DNA of 64,000 nucleotides from Rhizodiscina lignyota (lineage: Eukaryota): assembly GCA_010015805.1 (NCBI GenBank), contig ML978126.1, positions 930,001 through 994,000 of the forward strand, read 5' to 3'. A program made the translations under genes and the position numbers. A model generated the notes under the pieces. The model searched no databases. It was not told the origin of the DNA and saw only the letters and a program-made list of their open reading frames with translations. Below, piece after piece: positions 36,259-49,468 of the stretch (position 1 is the first letter of the stretch; each line of letters opens with the position of its first letter).

Positions 36259-39200
36259 CTATAGATGACAGTCGATTGACGTACACGATCATCAGTCGAT
36301 GGTGCAGGGGCTGTTGCATAGGACTGGGGTTCAAAACTTCGGGCCACTCTTCGTTACACCTGTTGCCTACACTTTCGGGCCTTTGGAATTTTTATTTGCT
36401 CAATTTTTATTTGCTCGTACGGAGTTTTTAGCGCTATAGACTGGCTGGGCAAATGGGAAGATGGGCGAGCAGCCCCCGATAGACGGACGAAAGGGCATTC
36501 GCAAGAAATCTCGATCAGGAGTTTTCGGATCCGGGGAACATTTTCTTTCAACATTCATGTGCTTTTTGCTGGCCCTAGTGTATATGTTTGCGTTGCGTTG
36601 CGTAACGCTAGCAGGCCCGTCTTGTTTATGCTCTTTGCTTAATTGGTTTGCCTGGGCTTCCCAATACTCATATCCCCTCTGTTCTGCGTCATATCCCCCT
36701 TAGCGACGCCCTGCTATGCAGAGCGCGCACGACGTGTACTTTATGCAAGTTCAACAATTAAACCACAACAATCTCATTTGTCCCAGGCACTATCATCCCA
36801 GCTTCTGTCTCCGCAATACGAGTGTACTTGTGCAATGCGGATAGCATCCGACCCCCTGGCGGAGAATGTCTTCCTGGTCGATAACGTCGATCGTCACCAA
36901 CACGTCGGAGTCACCTCCCTCTATTTTGCATGCGCAGTGACGGCAAACAAGTTGTCGGCAGCGGCACTGATGATCCTCCACAATTCTCCCCAATTCCACC
37001 CTGGTGTCCGCACTCTGAATCTCGTTATCTCCCACCACCACGAACCACGTGGGGATACAAGGCAACTTTCAAGCCACCAGCTCTTCATGAGCGCGAATGC
37101 CCCTGAACAGGCCATTTTCTCGCAGCCATTGATCCTTTCGTGAGAAAAGTAATAAGTGCAATTCCCCACACGTTTGAAACGCCGCGCAAACCCGTCTCCA
37201 ACAGGCCCTAGTCCCCCCATCCCCACAAACCCTCGCGCGTCACGTATTGTCATTTGCCGTCGCGTCTCAACAATCACGAAGTTGGCTATTTGCGTCACAT
37301 CGCATCATATCTCCACCCCTGCTTGCTGGAGCCTCAGCTCCACGCCCGCGAAACCGCCCAGGATTACATCCATCCCCCCCTTTGACTTTATTTTTTGGGC
37401 CATTTCCTATCGCTCTCACAGCAGTTTTGCATTGCTCAAAGCGGCAAATATCCTAGCTCAGTGCAGCGACTTCACAGCTCGGAAAGCTTATTAGCGAATA
37501 CCTACAATCGCTGCATGACTCGCGCGTAGCAAATCATCATGCCGGACTGCGCTCCGCTGGATATGGTTTGACACTCTCCTCCTTCTCTCCGCCTTCAATT
37601 ATCGTGGTAACCCTGTTCGGCTGTCCGAAAGCGCTGTCTAACCTCAGCACGTCATGACTTACAGACCCCAGATTACGCCGTGTGGTATTCGCTCAACCAC
37701 AACCACGGGTGCCTGTTGTGTAACCCTCACCCTCACCCTCTCACACCCCCAATATTCGTAACCTGGGGCCCCGCGATTCCGTTCCTCCACGGCAATATGG
37801 AAAAGACGTTGGACTAATGCCCGCCCATGACTTAGCTTACCACCTCAACTGCCCAACCGTGCCGATTGGCAGCGGGGTAGGCATCCAGCTTCGTAAGAAA
37901 CGGCACAACGGTTGACAGGAATCGGACGCTTCATCCGATGGCCAGCCGGGCCGAGTTGTCGAACCTCATGTTGACACTCCAAATGCACTGAGCTGAATCC
38001 CAAGGCGGCCCGCGTCTTCCGCGGCGGGGAAAGACGAGCCCTGTACTCGTAGGGCTCGAAGATATCAGCCCGTGTTTCATATGAATCTTGTTGGATTGGT
38101 TCTGTTGGAGCTGAACACGAGTTTGTGCTCCTGTGTGACGGCTCCTTAAGGAGGTGGAGGGCCCCCACATCCTCTACCTATGGCTCTGTGTCGATCAGCG
38201 ATGTGAAGTTGAAATGGGACACTGCAAGTGCGCTATTCCCGTTGCAACTCCAGACTAATCTTCATCTTCGTCCACATACATAGGAGTAGTTACGTTTTCT
38301 ATGCATCTATATGGCCGCCAGCCAATACGCTACGAGCTTGAAAGATACAAGCTGTAGGGCGCCACTGTGGCGCACCACAAGTCATGCACCACCTTTTTGA
38401 CAGCCGCGCCCGCCTATCTCGCGGACCTTATAATTGCGTCTGTTGTCTAGACCGACATGACTCTGAGATGGAAAGCACATGATGTCCTCGATCTTACGAT
38501 ACAGAGTGCTCGAGTCCCCCACAGGGCTCTCCAGACTCTCGCGGCACTGCATTAAGCATTAACCCCGCTTGCGCCTCGTGCATCCTCTCATCAACCATCA
38601 CTTCATATTTGCATCTGTGCGGAGGGCACAGGAATCCTAATTCGCCCACGATGAAGCGCGGACAGCACCCCGAGGGCCATGGCATGGCGGCATCTTCCTC
38701 TAGCCTGTGCACCGCAGTGGAAGTCGAGAGACACGAAAAGAAGGTTTTCGTGCAGGACGCTGGCTGATTTTCCTCACGCTGCTGCACCCCAGATTTGCAT
38801 CTCCCCGAGACTCCGCCGGGCGTGTGAGCTCCCAAGGGTTGTTTCTGGAGATCTGCACAAGGCTCTGGAGTGAACGAAAATGGCCGGCCACGCTCCGTCT
38901 TCCTCCGGAACCGTATCACGTACGGAGTGTCGTACCTCGTTATCCGGGCCCGCGGCTTCGCGGATAAGATGGAACTTCTGACTACAGTACGGTAGGGCTA
39001 TTATTCTCTGGCATAAAACTAGTCAAACGGGCTTGCTGAGATAAGTGCTGAGGAAGCGGCATCATGAGGCCTTGTGAGACAACAGTTTTCCCCCGGACTG
39101 ACTTGCCACGTTCCGGCTAAAGTCGACGAGGCGTTTCGAGAACGCGTTCCAGAGCCTGGGCCTGCCACCTGCTCTAAGTGGCTTTGCCTTCGGTACCTGA

Positions 39201-42177
39201 TCGTATCTGGTGGAGGTCGGTCTGTAATTCCGACGGGTAGCTACGGAGGTACTGGAAAATAAATCCGCCAGTCCAACGAGAGTCAGTGCCATCGTTCGCA
39301 AGCGAACGAGAGGCAATTTGAGGCACAATCAGCTCATCGCGATTCAGAGTAGCCATTGCTAAGAGAGATCCAGTCTATTGGTTTCACTTCCAAGGACAAT
39401 GATTACCGGTGTCGGAGAGCAGCGCACCTTACTCGCACGATTGTCGGATTGACGTGCTACAGGCACCGAATTGAACAATCCTTCGTGATCGCTCGTGATG
39501 TGCGCAGAGCCTCCGGCTTTCACAACCCGATATCCCAGTAATCTTGTTCTCCAGACTTGGTCCTGAGGCCCGAGGGCAATTTGGCTCTCCCTGATAGAGG
39601 CGTGCACCGCGATATCGTGACAACCTACCTAATAGAGGAGGAGAGTTTCCTTCCCTGGCCGGTCTCGAAGTATTGTCATCCATCCCACTCCACAAATAGA
39701 TCCTCGACATCTGACAGGGTGCCTCGGTCAATCATACAAAGGAGTGTCCGGGGTTGGAATTGATGTTCATCCCTCCAGCTGGGGTTCTCCCCGCGATAGT
39801 CCTGATCTGCGGAGGATGCGGAGCGCATGAAGCAAGAAGCCGCCCGAGAGATAAAACGAGCATCCTCCAAATCGAAGGGAAAGGTACGCGATCAAAGAAT
39901 CAAAGCATGCGGCATGACTCATTGTTCACCGCCACCGTCTCTCTGCACCATTTCCATGGCAGGAATTACTTCATAGGTGCTGCTGTTTGCAAGATGCATT
40001 TCCGAGAATTTCCGGGCACCTATTGCAAGCGTTTATCGCTGTGTGTGCATGCGATGGATGGATGTCAACAAGTTAGCCAGCAGGGTGACAACATATTGCC
40101 TAAGAGCGTAGGAGGCAATTGAAACAAGCAATGAAATCTTATGCAATCGCGACGATACCCAGACTTCCACCACCCACGTCACGGTCGTTATTCCCGTATT
40201 CAAGCATGAATGGCAACACTCGATACGAACACGTTGCGTACACCCCAATCTTCCTCCACATCCGCCGGGTCAGAATGGGAGTGCCGTAAGGCTCACCCCC
40301 AATATCGCTTGTCCTTCTGCAAAGAGGCATGCCTATAGTTTAGGCCGGTCACATTTCTGGGCCCGTTGGGGGCGCAATTGAATTATCGTCAAAATGCGCA
40401 GAGTTCAGCGCAAGGCGGCCGCCAATGTCAAGGTTGGTGTGCTAAGATGCCGCTATCCGCGGGCTCGTTTCCCCCAGTCAATTGCGGAGACCCCACACAC
40501 AGCATCTGCAGGATGTATCATGTCTTGGTTTCGGCATCTTAACCATTACGCTCGCAGGATTTGCTTACACATGAAAGCCAAGAAAGCATAGAATGGGGGA
40601 AATCGCTGGTCCATTTCAAGCATTTCGACGCTAAGATTTGTATCGGGCAACGTTGCAGATGTATACTTTTAACGATCGTATTTCTTTTCTCGCTTGGCCC
40701 TAGACACACTTGGAATAAAGCGTGGGCATTCCAGTTTTGCCAGACGCAAGCCTGAGAGATGGACAGCACAGCGAAATAGAAAGTCGGTATGTTTACTTAT
40801 CGACAAGGTCTCCTCCGCTGTTGCTATGCGGAGCGGCTGCATCCGCGGCGATGACCAAAAAGAGAGTTCGGCTTCTTCAGATTCAGAATCGGCTATGCGG
40901 AGATGCATCTCGCTGAGTATCCTTTCCTCCTCCGGCGAGATCATTTCCCAGGATTGCGATGACAAACAGTAGCCGTGATAGATGCGCATAGAGTTGTCGT
41001 ATCGACTCTAAACTCTACAAATCATTGGATAGCCAGCACCATGACCCAGGATATTGGATCATGATGCGCTGGAGATAAGAACGGGCAAAGCCGATTAGGA
41101 GTCTGATGCGTGCGGGGGCAGATTCTGAAGATTGACTACGATATCTTGTGCTTGCCTATTCAGTACATCTATGCCCTTTTGATGGCTGACATGAAATCGG
41201 AGCTGGCCGAGACCGGCTGCCAAAAGAAGGTGTTTTATGGAGGGATTCGATAAGCAATTCTTTGGCCTGGTTAGAGTATGTTGCTGTCGCACAACTATCA
41301 TCGTCGCAAAAGAGAAGCATATCGATTACGCAAAAATCTGCGGAAAGGCGGTGACGTGCAGTGACGTGCTGCTGGAGCTGAAGAATTGTGTGGAGAGCAC
41401 ATGCGAGTGTCCGAAAGCCTGCTTTTTCAAGCAATTTGAGGAAGAAATTTGTTGAGATGCAGGGTCTCTCCGGCGGACACTTGTCGACAAGGTGAGCACG
41501 CTTTGGCTTGCATGTGCTGACCCATCTCATGTGCGCTTTCTCACGATGCATCCCGCCCGTGTACCGACTGTCTGGAGTCGAAGGTGCAAGTCGGCGGGAT
41601 GCATGCGTCTCGTGAATTTGAGTCTGCTGCTAGGGATCACCTCCTGGAGCGGTCACCAGGGAAAGAATGCGCCTGCCAGTGATTGATGTTATTGCGCATC
41701 ATGAGGATAGATGGTCATCTGAAGCAGACAATGCCAATAGAAGTGATGTGTACCCCCACGCGAGCAAGCCACAGCAATCCTCTCGCTGCAGAGCAGATAC
41801 AAGCGGCTCCGCATCCCGAAGTTACCGGCTGCTTGGATCTAGACGTTTCCCCAGACTTTGTATTTTGCCAAAAGATACGACTTGCTTTTTGGGGAAACCA
41901 ATCAGACGGTTCGGGTACGCGTGTACAGCTGTACTCAGCAAGATTAGCGTTCCTTTTGTTTCTGCGAGAGGCGAGTGGTACAAGTGGTACATTCGTGCAT
42001 ACTTGTACCCCTCGGTGAGCGGATTTTCCACGAATAGGAACGCCAAGAGTCTCCGCATCGCGATTGTCAGTCTATGTACTGTACGATCCCGATTCATTAG
42101 CGAAAATCAATGTCAAATATGGCCGCTCCTGCTCGCGTGAGGACATGCTTCATCTTAAGGCTCTCCTAACTTCCAAG

Positions 42178-43626
42178 TCATGCGACCACGACGACTTCCT
42201 GGTCATGCTCGGTGAGGGCGGCATTTCCATCTTCCGCAGGCTCGATAGATTGGCTTGTATCTTCAATGAGGGTTTCTGCGGCGATCTCATCATCGTCGCC
42301 CCAACCGTAGTCATCTTCAGAGCCGAGCTCCTCGGCATCCGAATCTGCGACCTCGTACGACCGCTTCAGTGGACGAGCTGGAGAGGAGAGAATTGGGGCT
42401 GCTATTTCATCGGACGCAACCGTTACTTCAGAAAGGCCAGTCTGTGGAGCGGTTAGCATCGGACCCTAGTGCTGCAAACGATCCTTTTCAACGTCGGTAG
42501 ACAAATCATGTTACACACCTGCTTAACTTTGAAAGGGATAATTGCACCCACACCGCCATCCTGTGCCACGAGAGTCATGCCTCCAGCTTTGATAACGCCC
42601 AAATAGCGAATTCGATCCGTTCTAGAATGCTCTGATAGACCGTTCTTGGCATTCCTCGGAGGCCAATCCATGAACATGCAGAGCCGCGTGGAGATGCTAG
42701 CCTCCCATTCGTGCCCAGATATTGCGGGGAGAAGCATCGCCGGTGCGCCCTGGCGCAATTTCGTGGAGGTCTGACATATCAGAATGACTGCGACATTGTG
42801 AAGAGCGGCCATCTTGCCGAGTTTGTTGATCAGTTCGCTCATAACTGCAAACTTACGGCTTGCCGCCCACTTGGCCGAGTCGGGATTCGATGTCGGCCGT
42901 CCAGAACGCTGGTATGCATTCTCGAATGGAGTCGATATGTTGTCAATGACGATTATACTTGTTCCTTTTGGTGGAAACGACTCAACTGGATGTGCAAAAA
43001 GAGCAAGTAGATGCGGAAGGGAAGGTGCAGGAAAGCGGTGAAATCTTTCTGTAATGATCGCGTGACTGGCTTCATTCGCAGGATTTACATGCTCTTCGGA
43101 CAAGGGATCCTCGAGACGCTTTGAAGCAAGGGGCGTAGCTGTATCTGCTCGTACGAAAATATCAACAGTTGTAACTCTCAAAGGCTGAAATATGCACTCA
43201 CCGACCCACACCGCTCTATCGCCTCTACGCAATGCAGATGAACATGCTTGCAAGCTACGTGGTTTCTATTCAGCTTGCCTCCTCCTAAAACTGGGTGTAG
43301 ATTTGGTTTGTGGCATACCCCAATGTTGTTTTTCCTATACCAGGTGGTCCATACACCTCAGTTATTTGGCCACGTACGATGCCTCCAGATATGTTCACAG
43401 GAACTTTCGCTGTTCCGTGACCAGCAAGAATTGTGTCGAGTCGTGTGAGGCTAGTGGAAATCGCGTGAGGGCCGTTTGAACGGAGCTTTTGTAATGCCTG
43501 AGAAGCAGAGAGCGTTGGCAGTCTGTCTAGTACAAAGTAAGTTTCTTTTTGTGATCATTGGGGTGAAAATGAGAGCATACGAGTTGTTGAGAATGGCCCG
43601 TCGTCATCGACATCGGCCATGGTCAT
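42178..43626 (-). CDS. rad55: Rad51 paralogue, Rad55/Rhp55-like DNA repair protein (multi-exon)
   Basis: Minus-strand exon reads RLPTLSASQAL...ISTSLTRLDTIL...GGIVRGQITEVYGPPGIGKT (Walker A); IIVIDNIS (Walker B); acidic C-terminal exon. Confidence 0.8.
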
Positions 43627-44007
43627 CGCGAGTCGTATGAAGCGCGATAATTTCCTGCAGGTCCTTTAAGACGTGTCATTATGGACTTTTCTCGTATGGA
43701 CGCAGTCAAGGTATGCTCATGACCACTGTCGATGAAATTGAGACGCGTTTTGGTGTTGGGACGAACAATGATGCAATGTCGCGTGTCGCTTGCGGAGAGT
43801 TCGTATTGAAATTTTTAGCCGCCGGAATTTTAGCGTCTTTCAATCAAGGGTCAACTACAACCTCAACGATAAATTTCACAATGAATTCAAGCAGAGCTGC
43901 AGTGAATTAGCCCTGGAACATTCTGCTCTGATATGATACATTCAGAATTCGTTGTGCAGACTCCAAAAGCCACCTCCTAATCGCCAACGGCACGCAACAC
44001 CTCCAAG

Positions 44008-45490
44008 ATGCCATTTGGAGTAGAATGGGACCAAATACCATGGAACATGGACAATCCCTTCTATATGGGATCTCTCCAATTCATTCCCATATTGACCGCT
44101 CTCATTATTGGTTGTATGTTCATCGGAATCTTCATAAATGACAATTGGGATATTCCTCATCCTCTTCCAACAGCATGTCGGCGAGTGGGCCTCACATCAC
44201 CGAAGAACCTCGAGGACGAGCGGGATCCAAAGTACAGCGGCAAAGATGCGTCTAAAAGCACAGTCAGTCGTGTAAAAGGCCTTTTCATATATCCCGTTAA
44301 GAGCTGCATGCCGGTGGAGCTGGAGGAGGGCGAGATTGTGCCCACAGGCATGAAGTACGATCGACAATTCAGCTTTGCGCAACTTGTCACGTCGCGACCA
44401 GAGAAGCAAGCCGATGGGTCGGAGAAGACAGAGCATCAATGGCGATTCATAACGCAGCGCGAAGTACCTCGTCTTGCGCTTGTCAAAGCTGAGCTGTATG
44501 TGCCCGACCCTACCAATGTGGCGTATCACCCCAACCGAGAGGATGTCAAGAATGCTGGCTGTATCATTGTCTCCTTCCCATTCAGGTCGGAAGTATCATT
44601 CAGCTTCAAGGGCCTCAAAGCCCTTAATGAGATTCTGAAAGCGAAATATCTGGCTCGAGATTGGTCCGTCGAACCACGCATCGCGTTCAATATCCCTTTT
44701 CTTCCAACGACAGAACGCATGAAGCGGAAGAATTACCCTCCAAAGGAGAATATGGCGATCTGGAAAGAGAACCCAGAAGCGATCAACATGAGCAGCGAAA
44801 TTCCTAGTGACGCAATCGAGAAGTTGAAGTACTTCTTGGGTGTTTCGAACCCTTTGACCTTATTCCGCGTGGATGCATCAAATTACCGCGAAGTTTTCCG
44901 CTGTGCCCCCAAGGAAGATGAAGTTGGTTATCAGCCAGTTGTGGGCTTTGCTGATGCTGTGAGTATCCAAAAGAAGAAAAGTACACGACTTCAATGGCTC
45001 TAATTCATATACTCCGTAGTACCCATTACACATCCTGAATATTGCAAGTGTGCAGGATGTTGCGGAGCGTCTGCCAGCAGAGCAGGCAAAGGACTTCGCC
45101 GCGATTCGTTTCCGCGCAAACATCTACCGTAAGTCGCCACTCTAGATTCCTAATTCCTGTTACGCGTAATATTGATCCATTGCAGTCACAGGACCGCAAG
45201 CCTTCGCTGAAGACCACTGGAAGCGCATTCGTATCGGTAAAAGCGAGTATCATGTCTCTTGCCGCACCGCGCGCTGCAAACTTCCGAATGTGGATCCCAA
45301 GTCTGGTGTGCCAGACCGTAATGAGCCGTATGCGACAATGGCAAAGTATCGTCGTATCGATGAAGGTGCTGGGATTTACCCTTGCCTTGGTATGCAAGTT
45401 ACTCCGATGGATGGAGAAACCAATCTGATTAAAGTTGGAGATGAGATTGAGGTGCTAGAGACGGGTGAGCACTTTTACATTAAGCAATAA
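44008..45490 (+). CDS. MOSC domain protein (mARC-like) with N-terminal TM; introns about 44959-45019 and 45129-45185
   Basis: LFIYPVKSC, YDRQFSFA, FITQRE, FADAYPLH, RFRANI, EDHW, CRTARC..PNVDP, GDEIEV. Confidence 0.9.
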
Positions 45491-45597
45491 GACACATAGT
45501 ACTTAGTGTCATTGGATACCTAACGTACTCCGTCTATATAATGGAATGATGACTCCTGTACAGATACCATTTTGCTTCCTTCTTCACAAATTCGGAC

Positions 45598-48102
45598 TTA
45601 GTAATTGCACACATCCTTGCCTGAGAGTATCAACGCCTTCACTTCCTCAATGACCACGTCTGCGTCTTTCAACTCCTTGTCACCCTGTTCATCAATGAGT
45701 TCCTGGAACCTGACACCTGCATGTTTGAGGCAGTGGATGCCCCTCCGACACCACGACGAGTCCTTGCAATTTTTATTTTTGCGTCCCTTCGCATATGCAT
45801 GTCCATTATCAGCATACAGGATAAGCCGTGCCAGGTTGCTGATGAACTCAATCTTAAGATCCCTTGGATGCTGCGCGGATCTTGGGGAAGTCCAAGGAAT
45901 CGGCCAGTGAAAGTGACTGTCGTCTATGGCGGTAAGATCTCCTTGGATTTTGGTTAGGAGTCCTACTCCTTTTCGCACCATGGCGAGCATGTCGAAGTGC
46001 AAATCATTGTCCATCGCAACATATTCATCGTGAAAGGCATGAAAGATATTGTAGACCCAGTTACTCGTGCCCGGATCCCAGTGACTGGTGCTGCCCCCAG
46101 CTATTGAGACGAACGTTTTGACCGACAAGACTTGCGTGGAGCCTAGGTTGGCCTCAAATCCAGCACCTGCTGCTATGCACCACCGATGTACGACGAACTT
46201 CAACTTTCCAGGGTCCTCGAGATCCTTAACTTCGGCGCTTCTATTTATGCGACCATTGTGACGATGGATGGCATCACTGGAGCATGTAAGCATAGTTCTA
46301 TATTTTGTGCCTGCGTCTCAAGGTACTTACGGCGCCCAATCTCGTAATTTCCCGCCGTGAACCATGTCAAGTCGCTTGTAAAAGTTCTCCGCCAATGTTG
46401 GAGGAGATCCGAGGAAGATATTCTGATTGCCATAAAATGCTATCAGGTGTTCCAGGTCAGGCCATGCAGACGTTAAATCCAACTGCTTCGCAGCATTGTA
46501 TAAATGCATCATGTCAAGTAGCAGGTGACGATCGTTGGAAGAAATTCTCGCGCTCTGTTGCTGTGCAAACAGAATTCCAAAGGTCAAAGTTCCACACAGC
46601 ATTGGATGTGAGTGGAGGAAATGGCTCTGCTCACGATCCTTCTTCATACCAAAGCATTTGTCTTTGGCTTTCGAGACTGGATCGTTCAGAACGTATGTTG
46701 CAATCAAAGTAACAACGTCGGCGCACATCGTCCGCGCGTCACTATATCCACAGCAGATACGGCCCCAGTCAAACCGTAAGTGCTCTCTGATCTGCTTGAG
46801 AGCGCGCTCTGATTCCAGGCAAAGGATTCGGGATGCTGTTCCAATTTCTTCTGGAAGATATACGGTGCATACGAGAACGAGGCGCCAAGCAAGAACCATC
46901 CAGGCTTCGACTCTGCGATCATCGAAGAGCAGTTGGAGCGCGCTAATGCTCCCCTCCGCCATGGGGATCCTGCCGTTCGTTTTCAGGAGGAGGATGGCGC
47001 TGAGCATAATATTGCTGAGTCGATCAATGAGGCTTGGATTGGAGTATTTAAGCTCGTGCAAACCTACGCCCAATGTGAAACCGGGGTGACTTAGCTCCTG
47101 AATTTCGGGCATCTTCTTCTCGAATTCTTGCAGAAGCCCCTTGAGCAGCTTCGCAATAGGCTCGATGTAGGGGTCATTGAAGGTTTCACCGAATGCGTTT
47201 ATGGGCCCGCAAAAGCATGAGAGCAGGCCGTCGGACACCTCCTGACAGGTCATCTCCGGATGAAAAGCGCTACGGATCTCGTCTTCTGTCTGTCGGAGCG
47301 AATCGATTGTCATGTTTATCGTGAGCGACATAGCGACAAGCGTACCTTTTCCGTCTCTGAAATCTTTGACTGCTTCGGTGGAGAAACAGAGAACCTCCAA
47401 CCACTGAGATGCGTAGAAAAGAGCTGCAAGAGAGAACTCGCCAGCCGTGTTTTCTTCAAGGTCATATTCCACATCTGCTTTGGTTGCTGAAGCTTCCTTC
47501 TTCTTCGTCCTCTTTTTCGCACCCGACGAGGCTGGTTGGACTTGCGAGGGAGGTACAAAAGAATCTGTGTCGATAGCAGAAGTTTCCTCGACTTGCAGAT
47601 GAGCAAACATATTTACCAGTGGCGGAGGTGTGGCTGGCGTGCTCTCTCCTGAGCCATTTCGAACAGTGTTTTTGGCAGCCGTTGTAGCGATCAGGCCACC
47701 TCCTGTACTCAGTGATTCTCGAAGCAATTGCAACATCTGCTCCAATACACCAATGAAATATGCATGGCTCTCCGAGCTCTTGGCGCCGTCCTGATCCTCC
47801 AATCCACTGTACCATTCTGCACACATCTTCCGCGCTGAGATAACATCCTCTAACGTGTTGATTATGCCCCTAGTGATGATACGCTGCGAGCTGGGCGCAT
47901 GAACAATGTCCCTTGTGATACGCAGTAGATCAGCGCAACCAATGGTGCATTTCGTAGGAGTTGTGGAGGAGGATGGTCGTGGTGATCGCTGTTTGGGGAT
48001 ATCAACACATAAAGTTGTGGCGGATTCGACGAGCCATGTGGCAATTTTGGTTGTTCCTCTTTTGTATTTCTTGTAGACTTCAACGAGAGGGTCTGAGTCC
48101 AT
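45598..48102 (-). CDS. Uncharacterised fungal protein with a DUF6604-like N-terminal domain; intron 46277-46330
   Basis: YKKYKRGTTKIATWLVESA, VISARK..EWY, SHAYFIGVLE, NMFAHLQVEE, HPMLCG, HLYNA, WPDLE. The intron joins the two long ORFs in frame. Confidence 0.8.
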
Positions 48103-48391
48103 GACTTCGAATTTTCTTGCTGCAGTTGTGAATTGCCAATGTAGTTGTAGAAGATGGTATAGTGAAATGAACACTGACGTTGAAGAATTTATACCGGACT
48201 GGGAATGAAATCCCATCCTGTGTTTTCTTTGACGCGTCTAACTAACACGTGCCACTGACGCACCACACTGCTGTCTGCAACATGTCTCGGGTCCGCACGT
48301 TGGTAAACAATGCTGGTTTAGGTCGGGATCAGCAAACACCGAAACACACAGGTGTAAATGCACAATATCTAACGCCATTGCGGGTATCCAC

Positions 48392-49468
48392 CTAGACAGA
48401 CATCTTCATTTGAATGCTCTTATGCGGCTCATAACCCTTTACGACAAACTCTTCCGCTTTCCATCCATCAACGCTTCCACCAGTCTCCCTGTTGATCTCC
48501 AAGACTGGAAAACTTTTTGGTTGCCTGGTCAATTGCACCTTCAGCGCATCGACGTGATCAAGGTATACATGAGCGTCACCCATAGTGTGTGTAAAGGTCC
48601 CTGGAGTCAGATCGCACACATGAGCGAGCATGTGTGTGAGCAGTGCATAAGACGCAATGTTGAATGGAACACCTAGCCCCATGTCGCAAGACCTTTGATA
48701 GAGAATCGAGTGCAAGACTCCTCGCTTGCTAGGTTGTCCATCTGCACTTCGCGGGAATGAAACATAGAATTGAGCAAACATATGACATGGTGGAAGAGCC
48801 ATCTTCTTGAGATCTGCTGGATTCCACGCGCTAAGGATGATGCGCCTGTCATATGGCTTGTTCTTCAGCTTGTCGATGACCTCGGCGAGCTGGTCGACAC
48901 CTTTGCCAGTGTAGTCAGCCTTGGCGTCGATGTATTCAGCACCGAAGTGCCGCCACTGAAAGCCATAGACAGGCCCCAGGTCTCCTTCTTCGCGATGAGA
49001 CAGGCCGACGCTATCGAGGAACTCGCGACTGCCGTTGCCATCCCAAATTTTCACACCTTGTTCGGACAGAGGCTTCGAAGATGTGCAACCGGATACGAAC
49101 CAAAGCAATTCCGCGATGACAGCGCGGAGGAAGACGCGTTTCGTGGTCAGCAGAGGTAATATCGGAGTTGGAGGCTCTGATGGATCGATCGACGGCTTGG
49201 AAAGGGCAAATCGCATTTGCGGGGGAGCGAATATCGAATACGTTCCAGTGCCGGTCCTACAGAGGTCAGATTCAAGGCGTGCCAAAGAGAAAAAAAACTG
49301 TTCGTACCGATCAGGGCGATGCTCCCCATGGTCTAATATATCGCGTATCAAGTCAAGATATTGATATTCTTCGTGTGGAATCCGTGGTTCTTTACTTGGT
49401 TGGATTGGTTCTTCAGCCTTGAGCGTAACATCTGGGCCGCTGGCAGGCCCTATCGCTATTGGTGACAT
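48392..49468 (-). CDS. CDC21: Thymidylate synthase; intron 49257-49307
   Basis: [45 protein letters not shown] (catalytic Cys), [24 protein letters not shown]. Confidence 0.98.
   Translation of the reverse strand: MSPIAIGPASGPDVTLKAEEPIQPSKEPRIPHEEYQYLDLIRDILDHGEHRPDRYEQFFFSLARLESDLCRTGTGTYSIFAPPQMRFALSKPSIDPSEPPTPILPLLTTKRVFLRAVIAELLWFVSGCTSSKPLSEQGVKIWDGNGSREFLDSVGLSHREEGDLGPVYGFQWRHFGAEYIDAKADYTGKGVDQLAEVIDKLKNKPYDRRIILSAWNPADLKKMALPPCHMFAQFYVSFPRSADGQPSKRGVLHSILYQRSCDMGLGVPFNIASYALLTHMLAHVCDLTPGTFTHTMGDAHVYLDHVDALKVQLTRQPKSFPVLEINRETGGSVDGWKAEEFVVKGYEPHKSIQMKMSV

Noticed and set aside
37720..37745. TAACCCTCACCCTCACCC as a telomeric repeat or telomerase RNA template
   Set aside because: Only one true TAACCC unit is present. 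It lacks the TAACCCTAA one-and-a-half-repeat template and is better read as a short CT-rich microsatellite.
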